Shown here: one piece after another, positions 29,988-43,000 of the stretch
Layout: each line of letters starts with the position of its first letter
Numbering within the stretch: position 1 is the first letter of the stretch
Source of the DNA: Macrostomum lignano
Lineage: Eukaryota
DNA length: 64,000 nucleotides
Assembly (NCBI GenBank): GCA_002269645.1
Contig: NIVC01000464.1
Coordinates: 248,001 to 312,000 of the forward strand
Direction: 5' to 3'
Notes under the pieces: model-generated
Databases searched by the model: none
What the model saw: only the letters and a program-made list of their open reading frames with translations
What the model was told of the DNA's origin: nothing
Translations under genes and position numbers: made by a program

Positions 29988-30198
29988 TGAAGCGGTTGCG
30001 AGTGGAAGCTTGAAAAGCAGCAAGCGAGCAAAAGATCTGTGTATATTTGTTTAAGCATAGTCTTTATACTTGAGAGAATAGGGAGGTGTGAGTCAGAGCG
30101 AACTGGCTGGCTGGGCAAAGCTCCCCAGCAGCCAGGCGTGCAGGGGCCTGTACACAGGCGGGCCCCGCTCTCGACCGTGCACCAGTCTGGCCGCCACA
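29988..30198 (-). repeat. 5' LTR of Gypsy element (211 bp)
   Basis: Direct repeat of 25893-26105, followed on the minus strand by the PBS. Confidence 0.92.
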
Positions 30199-31883
30199 GT
30201 ACATTTGTAGCTTAAAACTTTTAAGTGTTTATAAAAACTTTATTAAAGTAGGGTAGGTCTAAAAATTTTATTAAAGCCAAGGCCTGCTCCTCAAAATTCC
30301 AATTAATAATTGCTCATATTGTCTTTTTAGGTAATAATAATAATAAGAATATTTTTGCACTTTTTGCAGCATTATTATTATTATACAATAAAGTCAATTT
30401 AGACCTACCCTACCCACTTGGCTACTATCACAAAGCAATAGGCCTTTGCTAGTTTTTTAGAAGAAAACACAACAGAACACAAAGACACAACACAAGCCTG
30501 CTACCATAGCCAACTAGGTTACAATACATTAAATTTACAGGTAATATCTTATAGGGCCAGCCTTACATGCTACCTCTCTATCCAATCTATAGTCTATATA
30601 TAATAGGCCAACTCTATGATGTAGATTTTACTTATAATGTCATCATATCACACAACAGAGGCACAACACAAGACTAGGCTTAGGCCTACAATAAAATAGG
30701 GGCTAGGCTAGGCTACTGAAACTGAAATTAAAAGCACTAAATTAATATTATTAGAATAATTATTTGGTTAGCTTTTACAGGCTTAGCCTTTTAATTAATG
30801 CTGATTATAATTATGACGAGTTCATAACTATTACAACAAGTCAAGTAGGGAGAGCTATACTTCAGGCTGTATGGCTAACTTATGATTATAGAAAACATGT
30901 CGGACGTTTTGCAGCATTTTTGCTCAAAGCAAATCTTAATACATCGCTTAAACAAATTATAAACATTTTCCTTAAAAATGCTGCTAAAACAAATCTTTAC
31001 AAAATATGGCTATCCAAACTGTAGTTATTGGCTCATTTCCTTTATCGCTAACACAAAATTATAAAACAGTTAAAGTTCACAATCAAATTGCAATTCGTCC
31101 AATTTAATATTCTAAGTATCCTACTGTAAGTAGAGGGTAAAGCATTTTAGTAGAATTGCAATAATTACAAGTGACTTGCACAAGTGAATTGCAATTTAAC
31201 AAATTTTAGGGAAATAAAATTGCAATTACGGCAATTATTTCAATTTTATTGCAATATTCCCAATTTCATCGCAATCCGGGTGTCTTGGGTGCGCCTTAAT
31301 TTATTTCATATATATTTGTATTATCTATTGCGCAATAAAAGTAATTAGATATATTATTGAAACTGAATGGACTCGAATTCTGGAACGACTACGCTAACTC
31401 TACTGCTACCACGGCGCCTAGGAACCCAAACACCAAACACAGCGCATTCGCGTATTAGAATTAACATACAGTAAATTTGCGATAGGAATTAACATACAGT
31501 AAAACAATAGTAATCGAGTACGTACAGTAAGTATCGCGGAAAAGGAAACACACTACGGAATAAGTACTGACTAAAATAATTAACAGATAATTTTCACTAG
31601 GGCCTAACGCATGATACATTATAAAAAGTACATACATTCAAATGATATATAAAAATGACAATTAAAATTTATTATCGATATTTTGTTCCATAATTTGCAG
31701 CACTTACAATCACGTTACACTGCAGGGCAGGGGACACTACACTGTACTGTAAATATAGCTATACTCAAAGTAAAATATTGTTTTGACTGAGTTTTTCAAA
31801 TTTTCATTGATATTACGACCTACTATATGCTTGTTGGTAATTAGTAAACTGAAAACATCTTGTCACGTTATTTGATGTTGTCC

Positions 31884-32616
31884 GTGACCCTTAAAAGGGC
31901 CGTTTTAGTCCCAAATGAATCGAGTCAAGTCTTGATAGCGGATTTGCGTAGCGGAGCACTTGGCATACAAGGCCGGAAACTGGCCGTAGTTGGTTATTAT
32001 TGTTGAGATCAATATTCGATGCGGTTAATATCAATATAGAACTTATTGCGCTTTTGGGGCACTGGCGGCTGCAACAATGGTTTTGAATTGAAGGTGAGTT
32101 AGAGATTGTAGTTGAGTGGTAGGCGAGTGATGCAAGACGATGCAACGTGGTGAGTAACGGCGATGAGCACAACAGTGGCAGATGCGTAGTGGTGAGATTG
32201 GCGTTAGCCGTGGCAGACAGTGGCAGGCAGTGTAAACAGGCTGGTCCAGACAGAGAGAAGGAAAACAAGGCCGAGGACAGGCCGGGAGGAAGAGAGAAGC
32301 ACAGATAAGGACGGGAGTGAGGAGTGCCGCCGCCAGGCGGGGGGTTTAATAAAGGAGCGCAGAGGGGGATAGCGCGAAGCACGAGTGGTTTTCATTGGCT
32401 GGCGAGAGAACTTAAAATTATCGATCGTGCCAATTTTATACGGTCGCGAGAGAGGATAGCAAAATATACAGTGAATTAAAAATTGCCACAAAATCGTTGG
32501 GCTCTACTATAAGTAAACGTTAAAATAAACTATTGGAGAAATTAATATGAGAAATTACAAGGGAAAATATAGTCCAGCGGCCCTTTTCGGGACCACCTTA
32601 AACTGACAACGTCACA
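31884..32616 (-). mobile_element. Dispersed repeat, probable solo LTR (copy B)
   Basis: Reverse-complement homolog of 12840-13623 with the same ends (TGTGACGTTGTCAGTTTAAGG...CCCTTTTAAGGGTCAC). Confidence 0.55.
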
Positions 32617-32853
32617 ATCTTACACATCTAGCACGTAGCAGATAAAGTTTTTTGAAAATTAGAAAATCTGAGTTTTACTATTTTGGCTAGGCTAACCAAG
32701 ACTATAGGCCATACCAACCACAAGGCTAGGCGTAGTCTTTAAGCCTAGATGTCAAACAGCACAATTCTATTATTAGGTTTTTATGATTATGATTGGCCTA
32801 CTGTTATATTACTTAAAAGCATTGTTATGATCTTTAGCTCTATCCCTATCTAA

Positions 32854-33707
32854 TAGTGTTCCGCCGCCGCGAGTTTTGACCTCCGTAACCGTAACCGTAG
32901 CCGTAAGAAAGAAGCAACTTCCGTAGCCGAATTTTGCCGTCATTACGGGCTAAAAAAGTCCGTAACCGTAATTTGCCGTAACCGTAGCCGTAATGTATAA
33001 CAAAAATTGATATTTTTGCATGAAAAGTGGGGCTGACAGAAAAGGACAGATAAAAAGGATAAAAGGATAGCAATAAAACGTACTTGTTGTTTGTTCATGC
33101 ATTAATATTAATTTATTTTTTTCGTAATTATAATATCTTTATCTAAGTATTCTATAGCATTGTTGTATGCAATTGTGTGCTTGGTGCCTTTTTCAGTTTT
33201 CTGTGTTGTGATTCTGTTTTGTTTCGCTACAATATGCTAAGGAGCTAAATGCTACATATGGCTAAGAAATAAGAATGCCAGATTCTTAGTCTCTTGCAGG
33301 CTTTGACTGGCTCTCTCTGTCTCGCTGCTATCATGCTATCGCTATGCTATGCTATGCCGTATGCCTAATGAGAAAATTTGTGAAAAAATTCATTTTTCGT
33401 TTTCAAAAAGTTTCGTAGATATTTAGAAACTTAACAAATGTAAAAAATAATAATAACTAGTAAAACAAAATGAAAACTGGTTGAAGTTGATATGAAAAAA
33501 TTTTCTTTTATAACACTAAACAGTTAAAAATAAATAATTTTGTTACGGCTACCAATTACGGCAAGTCTAGAAAAATCTCCGTAATCCGTAACCGTAACCG
33601 TAAGCTCAAAATATGTCCGTAACCGTAATCCGTAATGAAAATACGGCTTCAAAAGTGTCGTAGCCGTAATTTGCCGTAGCCGTAGCCGTAATTACGGCGG
33701 AACACTA
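32854..33707. mobile_element. hAT non-autonomous element (854 bp) with CCGTAA/CCGTAG subterminal repeats
   Basis: TIRs TAGTGTTCCGCCG / CGGCGGAACACTA; 8-bp TSD CTATCTAA at 32846-32853 and 33708-33715; clustered CCGTAR motifs near both ends. Confidence 0.9.
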
Positions 33708-36136
33708 CTATCTAAGTTAATGATGATAACACATTTACTATTCTATTGCAGAGTTTATTCATAATGAAAATAAACAAAACATTTATATATAGGTTGAGTT
33801 GACATTTGATTGGGTCTTTCAAGTAATAATATTTTTTTATTATCTTTCTTTATTATCTTTACTTTGTTAACAAAAGATAAGATTTCATTATCCTTACTTT
33901 AAATATTTTAAAGAGATCCGTTTTGGACTTCTTCAAGTTTATGTTGATAAAATACTTCCAATTTTCTGATTTTTCTGAAATTTTCACCAGACACTTGGTG
34001 AATGCCCAAAATGATAAAAAAGCAAAAAATCACAAAAAACTACATTGTGGTGATGCAATCTCAGTTTAATAATTGACTATGGTGTCAATGAGAATTCAAT
34101 AAATAAAATTGTTTCAATGAATTTTGTATTTAAAAATAAGCATTTTTCGAAACAAAAAAATAAGTTAACTTGTTTTGTGAATATAAAAATTAAGAAATCT
34201 AAAGTAATATTTATCATTTTCCAATTATAATATATAGTGAATATAAATTACTTTATCAAATTTGATATTGAGTTTTGTTATGATGTTAAATAATTGCCTT
34301 ATCATAGTTTCTTTGTTTTAAAATTTGCCATGTCTATGATGCGCAACAATATTGTCTCCCGCATTCTCATTTGTTGCTACCTTTGCCATTGTAGTCAACA
34401 TTAATACTTCTTGCCAAATGATGTCTTGCCAGCTGTTTCTCAATGATGTCTATCAAGGTCTAGGTCTTAGCATTGTACAATAAGTTATGAAAAGATTATT
34501 AGATATGGATATGGTTATAGATAGGCTATGGGAAACTTTAAGAGATTCAGCTACGAGTCTCTTCCTCGTATAGATATAGGAAGAATTTGGTTATGATAGA
34601 ACTCTATTAAAAATAATGATAAACATATCAAATATTAAATGCATTTAGTTTTGTTTCCATGGGTTTAGATAAAGAAAAGATATTATCATTCAAGTCAAAA
34701 AATAAAGATTTGTACTAAAATTTATATTACTCGTATATATAATATTATGCCTATTCTTTTTGTCTGTAAAAAGCCAATAGCTAAATGAACTTTATAGAAA
34801 AAATTCTATATACTTAAGTAATATATAATCTAGAAAAAGGTCTTAAAATAAAAATCATCATAATTTATATAGTGAAAAAATTTGTTATTTATCTTTTAAA
34901 AATGTTTTTAGTGCTATATAATTCATAAATCTATGGAATGACCTATTCTGAACTTCTGAACACCTTGATATATAATGCTAGCTATCTACAGAGAGCATTG
35001 CAAGCATTTGACTATTTCAAGCTCTTGCTTAAACCTAAAGATTTAAATATAAAACATTCCAAAAAGAAATTTAAAAGTTAAGCCATAGAAGTAGTTGTTT
35101 CTTTCTTAAATCAAGTTGTTATTCAATTGTGTTAACTACAAATTTTCTTGATATTTGATATTGAGGTTTGTATAGTATGTATTAAAATGCTTAAAAATAG
35201 GCCTGCATAACATAATTTGTAAATATGTCTAGTAACTACAAGGGTTATGGTAAGGAAGAATGATATTCATAATAAATTGAAACTTATAAAAGTAGATTAG
35301 CATGCTGCATTTAAAAATCTTAGAATTGTAGCATCTGCTTTTTACTTTTACTTTGACTTAAAAATACTAAAATAACTTAGATTATCATTTGCATCAATAC
35401 AAATATAACAATGAAATATATATTAGAACTCAATATTTCCATGTAGTTGTAAAGTGCAGAAATTATTAAAAGTTGAGTTTAAACATGTGTAACAATTAGA
35501 ATAGTAATAGTCACATTGTAAACTATTCCAATAATTAATGAATAACTCATGGAATATATGGTGCATTTTGTAATAATCAATAATTTAGGAAAATTGAAAA
35601 AAATTAGTAGAATATATTGTTTTCAGAAGGCACTTTGTCATTAAAGCTAATGTCATAAGCAATAAATACTATTTGATAATTGGCTAACACACTTAATGTA
35701 CTACATAGCCAAATATATAGCATATATAAGGTTATAACTTAATATTATAATACAATGTTCAAGTTATGACTTCATACCTATAATGCTTAACAAAGTTTTT
35801 TTCACAAGGCAATGTGTCAAGGTCATATAAAAATGGTGTTAATATCAAAACTAGGACAAAATTTTTGCTGACTTTTAATGCTAAAAATCATTCAATCGTC
35901 ACTCATATACATATGAAATATTTTAGACACCTTGCAAAGGTTTGCCAACTGTGTTCAAACCTAGCCTGAATCTAAGGTTTTTTTATGAAGAATTGTCTTC
36001 TCTTATATAACAGCTGCAGGTATTTCAGCTTTCCTTTCTCTGCCTAACTTCTCTAACTAATACTGTATCTAATACTGAATAAATTGCAGATCAGTAAAAT
36101 AAAAAAATAAGCATCAATTCGCGATTATATTTCAAA

Positions 36137-36759
36137 ATGAGTCAACAGTCAACAATGTCTATAACACTAGCGCCCAATGCCACTGAGCTCCGCCTAGTGC
36201 TAATACCTGTTGATCGCAGCCGAAATAGTGAGCGAGCGCTTGCCTGGTATGCTGGCAATCTGGCCCAGCGCCGGGACCAGGTGCTGTTTGTGAACGTGTC
36301 CGAGCCGCCCGAGGTTAGCAGCGCTACTCAGACTGGGCTGGCTGGCGCTCAGGATGTCTACCAGCGGGCTATTGGCAGCGCTATTGAAAAGGGCCGCGAG
36401 CTGGCTGAACAGGTAAACTGCTGTTTGTACTTGCTGAGTCTTGTGCAGCTTAGCTTGAAGATCTTATTGGCATTTTAGACTAGATAGATAGATAGATAGG
36501 TAGGTAGGTAGGTAGGCAGGCAGGCAGGTAGGTAGGTAAAGGTAGGTAGGTTGTTAGGTAGGTAAGTAGGTAGATTGACAGACATACACAAACCGACAGA
36601 CAGGCAGACAGACACAGACAGACGGAAACAGACAGACAGACACTAAGACAGACAGACAGACACACACACACAGACAGACAGACAGACACACACAGACAGA
36701 CAGACAGACAGACACACACACAGACAGACAGACAGACAGACACACGCATAGACAGACAG

Positions 36760-36790
<31 letters not shown>

Positions 36791-37129
36791 ATGCACCCGA
36801 TAAAAGCTAAACTGCTCATGCAGGTGCGCCGCCGCTGGATGGAATTCGGCATGCACCGGGCATTCAAGGAGCCGAGATTTCTGGAGCGCCTATCGAAAGA
36901 CCCCGGCCCGGCCATCTGCCAGGTGGCCAAAGACGAGGGCGTCAATCTCATAGTGATTGGCAGCAGAGGCATGAGCCGGCTGAAGCGAACATTCCTCGGC
37001 TCCGTATCCGAGTATGTGCTGCACCACGCCAAGGTGCCAATTGCTATTGTGCCGCCGCCCAAGCAGCAGAGCCTTGAAGCTATTCGCCAGGCTAGTCAGG
37101 ATACTGCCTCTGGTGACGGCCAAGAGTGA
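36137..37129 (+). CDS. Universal stress protein (UspA-like), 2 exons (36137-36412, 36824-37129), 193 aa
   Basis: N-terminal LIPVDRS..SERAL.W; C-terminal DLIV-like [37 protein letters not shown] with a G-2x-G-9x-GS motif; phase-0 GT-AG intron. Confidence 0.92.
36478..36790 (+). repeat. Compound microsatellite (TAGA/GGTA/CAGA/CA) in the USP intron
   Basis: Tetranucleotide and dinucleotide runs visible directly. Confidence 0.95.
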
Positions 37130-38247
37130 GCAGCCTAATGATTATTTTGAGCATGGTTGGCTGCCTTTGGGTGCGAGACATGGCCTTTGGAGTAAACAGA
37201 GAAGCAATTAATAAGAAAGAACACTACAGTGACACTAAACACTCACAGAATGTACAGCGGATTCTGGCTTTCTAATCGTCTGGCATAACCATATATTGGT
37301 GCCAGAAAGAAAGGGTTGTACAGATATTATGGTATCACTAATTAGATCACGAGGTATTTGCTTATGTTTAGATAATTTAACTAATTAAATAATTTAGATA
37401 TAGTTACTCACAATGTTTACCCACACTGTCCAGGGGGATTAGTGATATTTTGTAGGCAAGCCCAACCGGCTAAATTCTGTCCACTAGGCCAAAACAATCA
37501 GTGGCAACTCAGTGGCATAATTTGACGCGAGTATCAAAAGCGCAAACTTGTTTGAGCTATAAACAGAGACAAAAAGATAAAGAAACAGTTGGAGACAGTT
37601 TAAGGACATGGACTAAAGTTCCATTCTCTATGATTTAAATTTTTTATGCTTTTAGCTCTGTTTTGAATTCATGACACATTTTATAAAATCGTGACATTGA
37701 GTGAAACAATAAACTATTTCAATATAATTTATTTTCTATGCTATAATTTTAGGATTAACCAGGATTTTTCGCGCAATTTTTTGTTTCTGTGCTACGTTTG
37801 AGAGCTGTAGTTCTTGATTTGAGTCAACGTTGCTCAGACGAATATTCATTCAACTTGTTTTTTACAATTCGACGAAGATATTACTCGTATATTTTACTGA
37901 TTCTCGGTAAATATTGAATAATAAGCAACTATATTGTTTATACTTTTTTATTAGGACATAGTTAAGATAGTCTTTTTGAATGCTGATATTATCTTTTTTC
38001 AGAATTTTCTTTTCTAGTCTACAAAAATTATAGCTTTCTGTTGTGCTCACAGATGCCAGAATGACTGGATTTGTGGCTTGATTAAAGTTGTGAAAAAGCA
38101 CAGCGTCTACTCTTTTCAGTAGCTTGTCTATGCATTGTCACTAAATTATGTGGCAAAGAAAACTTTCTTTCCTCAAGGTTTATGGCCTCAGGAAGCATAT
38201 GGGATTAAGAATGAACAGCAAGCATTTAACTACACAAGTGGACGCAA

Positions 38248-38492
38248 GACGGACGAAACTCAGCCTAGAGGATAGTCCCAATCTAGCTCAGCCAATGAGA
38301 GAGCAGTAAGGAGAAAGGGTCAAAGTCAGACGGACGAAACTCAGTCTAGATGGCAGGCCCAATCCGGCTCAGCCAATGAGAGAGCAGTAAGGAGAGAGGG
38401 TCAAAGTCAGACGGACGAAACTCAGTCTAGATGGCAGGCCCAATCTAGCTCAGCCAATGAGAGAGCAGTAAGGAGAGAGGCCAAAGTCAGAT
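38248..38492 (+). repeat. Three tandem 81-bp units, each with a CCAAT box
   Basis: GCCAATGAG at 38291, 38372 and 38453; TATA-like TATAAAG about 70 bp downstream of the array; possibly an LTR U3 remnant. Confidence 0.8.
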
Positions 38493-39202
38493 GCAAGCCG
38501 TAAGAGGAAAGCCCAACTGTTTATCGGCCTGACTGGAGCGCCTGCCCTTTAATTAACTATTATAAAGGCAAAAAGCACTAATTTAGATAGCTCGTAGAGT
38601 AGATAAGCGCATCGTTTGCGAGTGACATAATCCAGTTATTCTAGAATCTGTGGTTATGCGTCACATCTATTAATTGTGCTTTTTCCTAAAGAGTTTTATT
38701 TAGTTGTTGACTGTGATTTCTCTAGTTGTTCTAGTCTAACTTGTGCTTTTATATACACACATGTTGTTTTGCACCTGTCCTATCAGCACAGCACGCGGTT
38801 TTTTTAATCAGTTCTAGCTTCACTGAAATTTCATAATCCGGCTTTCGTTTTGTTTGTTTGTTCTTTTGCAATGCAGTGAACTGTTTCTTTTAACGTTGTC
38901 GTGCACATATACGAGAAATAATTTATATGGCAACGAATTTTAGTCTTTTTTCTGATCCTCAAAGCTATAGTTTGTGTTTTGTGTACCTTACTTTTCTATT
39001 CAGTCAGCCAATTTCCGTAATTACGTTTGTAATTAGATTCCTTTTCCGCTCACTAAGCCTCTTTTAGTTTGTTGGAATATTTCCAATTATTACTTCTGGG
39101 ATTAGCTATTGTCAGCTTCAAAGCTCTCGTCTTATAGACCCAGTGCCCTCCTTAGTCGGTCGTTTTTCGTTGAAATAGTTAAAGTAAATGGATGAGTCAC
39201 CT

Positions 39203-39920
39203 TCTGTACCCCTGAGATCTATTTGAGGTTCCCCTTTTGTACCCCTAAGATCTATCTGAGGTTCCCCTTTTGTACCCCTAAGATCTATCTGAGGTTCCCC
39301 TTTTGTACCCCTAAGATCTATCTGAGGTTCCCCTTTTGTACCCCTAAGATCTATCTGAGGTTCCCCTTTTGTACTCCTGAGATCTGTCTGAGGTTCCCCT
39401 TTTGTACCCCTAAGATCTATCTGAGGTTTCCCCTTTTGTACCCCTGAGATCTGTCTGAGGTTCCCTTCTGTACCCCTGAGATCTGTCTGAGTTTCCCTTC
39501 TGTACCCCTGAGATCTATCTGAGGTTCCCCTTCTGTAACCCTGAGATCTATCTGAGGTTCCCCTTCTGTAACCCTGAGATCTATCTGAGGTTCCCCTTCT
39601 GTAACCCTGAGATCTATCTGAGGTTCCCCTTCTGTAACCCTGAGATCTATCTGAGGTTCCCCTTCTGTAACCCTGAGATCTATCTGAGGTTTCCCTTCTG
39701 TAACCCTGAGATCTATCTGAGGTTCCCCTTCTGTACCCCTGAGATCTGTCTAAGGTTCCCCTTCTGTACCCCTGAGATCTATCTGAGGTTCCCCTTCTGT
39801 ACCCCTGAGATCTATCTGAGGTTCCCCTTCTGTACCCCTGAGATCTATCTGAGGTTCCCCTTCTGTACCCTTGAGATCCACCTGAAGTTTCCTTCTGTAA
39901 CCCTGGGATCTGTCTGAAGT
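39203..39920 (+). repeat. 33-bp minisatellite (about 21-22 units) just upstream of XRN2
   Basis: Unit TGTACCCCTGAGATCTATCTGAGGTTCCCCTTC with variants; ends about 145 bp before the XRN2 ATG. Confidence 0.95.
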
Positions 39921-40065
39921 TTTACTGAGATTCCAAGGTTCCCTGCAGTTTGAACAATTTATTTACCTAATATTCATGCTGCCCGAATCGCACGGACAGA
40001 CAAGAGATCAGTCGCACAGTCAGTAATTAGTTCAGCATTAACTCAGCAGCTTCAGTCAGCTAATC

Positions 40066-43000
40066 ATGGGAGTACCAGCCTTCTTTCGCTGGCTAAGCCG
40101 CAAATTCCCATCAATTGTGGTGCACTGCGTCGAAGAAAAACAGCGCGAAGTGGACGGCGAGACCGTGCCAGTTGACACCAGCCGGCCTAACCCGAACAAC
40201 TATGAGTTCGACAATTTGTATTTGGACATGAACGGCATCATCCATCCGTGCACTCATCCTGAGGATAAGCCGGCGCCGCGTAACGAAGCCGAAATGTTTG
40301 CCGCCATCTTCGAATACATGGATAGAATATTTGCTATTGTTAGGCCTAGGCGCGTTATCTATATGGCTATTGACGGAGTGGCGCCGCGGGCTAAGATGAA
40401 TCAGCAACGTTCGCGCCGATTCCGCGCGGCCAAGGAGGCCAGGGAGAAAGCGATTGAGCTAGATCGGCTGCGATCGGAGCTCACAGCCCAGGGTATGACC
40501 CTGCCGCCGCCTAAAGCGCCTGAGGAGCATTTTGATAGCAATTGTATCACGCCTGGCACTCCGTTTATGGCGCGTCTGGCTGTGGCGCTGCGGTATTACA
40601 TTCACGACAGGCTGCACAACGATCCGGGATGGCGCAATCTGCAGGTCTTCCTTTCTGACGCAAATGTGCCAGGTACAGATGGCTATATGTCCTAATCTGC
40701 TACTTTGCTAGTAGAGCAGTAGGATAAAAACCATTAGATAGTCCTGTGTGAGCGGGTGTATAGTATTGTAGGCAGGCATCACAGATACTTTAATATTAAT
40801 GTATTTTTTTATTGAAGCGCACTTTAAGCGACATTGTCACACAACCGGCGAGAGGCATTGCTGCCCATTCCGCCGACTCCCCTGAGCAGGCACACAAGCG
40901 CGCGGATACGCACTCGCACAGGCACACACTCAGGACTGGAGTGTACAGCAGCCCTAACTTTATTTATTGTTAGGCATGTACACTTCAGTGTACCTTGGAG
41001 GTTGGCTTGTATCAGAGCCAAGCCGAGATTCCAATTTATCCCCAAATTAATATGACTGCAGCACAATGGATCGAGTCTGGGCCGCTGGCACATCAGTGCG
41101 CCTCGCTAGACCACTGGGCTACGGCCGCCCCCTGTCCCCTCTAATAAAAAATTTAGCTATATTTTTGTCTTACACAATGCTCTCCTCACAGGCGAAGGCG
41201 AGCACAAAATCATGGACTTTATTCGGCGCCAGCGCGCCCAGCCGGCGCACGATCCGAACACGCGCCACTGCCTTTGTGGCGCCGATGCCGACCTGATCAT
41301 GCTGGGCCTGGCCACTCACGAGCCGCACTTCACCATCATTCGCGAGGAGTTTGTGCCCAACAAGCCGAGACCGTGCGACCTGTGCGGCCAGCTGGGCCAC
41401 GAGGCCAAGGACTGCCAGGGCCTGGCCAGGGACCAAGCAGCTGCCGAGGCGCCCCCAGTTATGGCCTCTGAGGCCGATTTCATCTTCATTCGTCTGCACG
41501 TATTGCGCGAGTATCTGCAGCGCGAATTAAAAATGGATGGCCTACCGTTTGCTTACGATTTTGAACGGGCGCTTGACGATTGGGTATTTATGTGCTTCTT
41601 TGTTGGCAACGACTTCCTGCCGCATCTGCCTAGTTTAGAGATTCGCGAGGGTGCCATTGATCGGCTGGTTGGAATCTACAAGAGAGCTGTCTATCAGGTG
41701 AGGCTCACTGTACTGTGCTGGTCTCCACAGTATGAAAATTTATTCATTCATCTGTACCAAGGATCGGCGAACTCCTGCCCTCGGGATCCTTTGCCCGCCA
41801 ATACTGTACGCCCTGACCAAGAGTCTTGGCAAATTTACTGCTGCGCCAGACTTCGCCCGAACCCTACTTCCATAATTTTAGCTACGTAAAACTACTAGCA
41901 TAATAGTAGTATCTGATAAAATTGCAACTAATATTTTAGTATAAAACTTAATCATGTATATGATAAAAATTTGCTTTAACACAGACAGGCGGCTGGGTCA
42001 CGGACTCCGGCCACGTGCACCTGGACCGGGTGCAGCTCATTATGCGCGAGCTCGGCCAGATGGAGGACGAAATATTCAAACGCCGGCGCAGCTCCGAGAT
42101 GAATTTTCGTCGACGTCGCAAAGCCGACAAGCAGGCCAAACTGCGGCACACAATGATGGAGAGGGGCATGGCTGCTCCGCTTGGCAGTGGCCGGTCTAGC
42201 GGCGCTGCAGACCAACAGCTGTCGTCTGGACAGGCCATACGGGCCCTGATGCGGGAGAGCCAGATGGAGTCTCTTCAGGCTGAGCGGGACCGGCAGCAGC
42301 AGCAGCCGGACTCTGATGAGGAGGCCGATGCTAGAGATGAGGTATGATTGAATTTGGGGTTTATATGCTTTGGATAGTGTCATTTGACTGTCAGTGTCAT
42401 TTGACTGTCAGTGTCATTTGACCGTCAGTGTCATTTGACTGTCAGTGTCATTTGATTGTCAGTGTCATTTGACTGTCAGTGTCATTTGATTGACAGTGTC
42501 TATAAAAAGGCCTCCTTGTTGTGTTCAAAAGAACAACCATGTACACTATAAGATGGCCAATAAATTTCATCACGTGACTGGCTTTTACACCCTTATTATC
42601 CATCATCACTCCTTATGTTTGCACTGGCGTTAAATACGAGTAAGGGAATGTTCTGTTTGCAGTGATAGTATGTTATCATATACTTAGATTAGGCTTACCA
42701 ACTAAGACCATAGGCTTTTATTAATGCCCAAACATCACCAACGCAGGTCCGCCTGTGGGAGGACGGCTGGCGGCACCGCTATTATAGCAGCAAATTCGGG
42801 GTGGCACCGCAGGATAGTCGCGATTTCCCGCTGCTAGTTGCCAGCCATTACGTCAGGGGCCTGTGCTGGGTGCTGCGCTACTATTACCAGGGCTGCGCCT
42901 CCTGGACGTGGTACTTCCCCTATCACTATTCCCCATTCGCTTCCGACTTCACCAACGTGGCTAGCGTCGATGTGGACTTTGACAAGACTGCAACTGAGCC

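Larger units (their letters stand above)
25893..30198 (-). mobile_element. Ty3/Gypsy LTR retrotransposon, full length but degenerate (4.3 kb)
   Basis: LTRs at 25893-26105 and 29988-30198 (TG...CA); 4-bp TSD GTAC at 25889-25892 and 30199-30202; PBS TGGTGAGCCCTACG (tRNA-Trp-like) after the 5' LTR; G-rich PPT next to the 3' LTR; domain order gag-PR-RT-RH-INT. Confidence 0.93.

Noticed and set aside
38248-38492. Hammerhead ribozyme in the 81-bp repeats (GGACGAAAC motif)
   Set aside because: The required CUGANGA core and the stems I-III could not be found.
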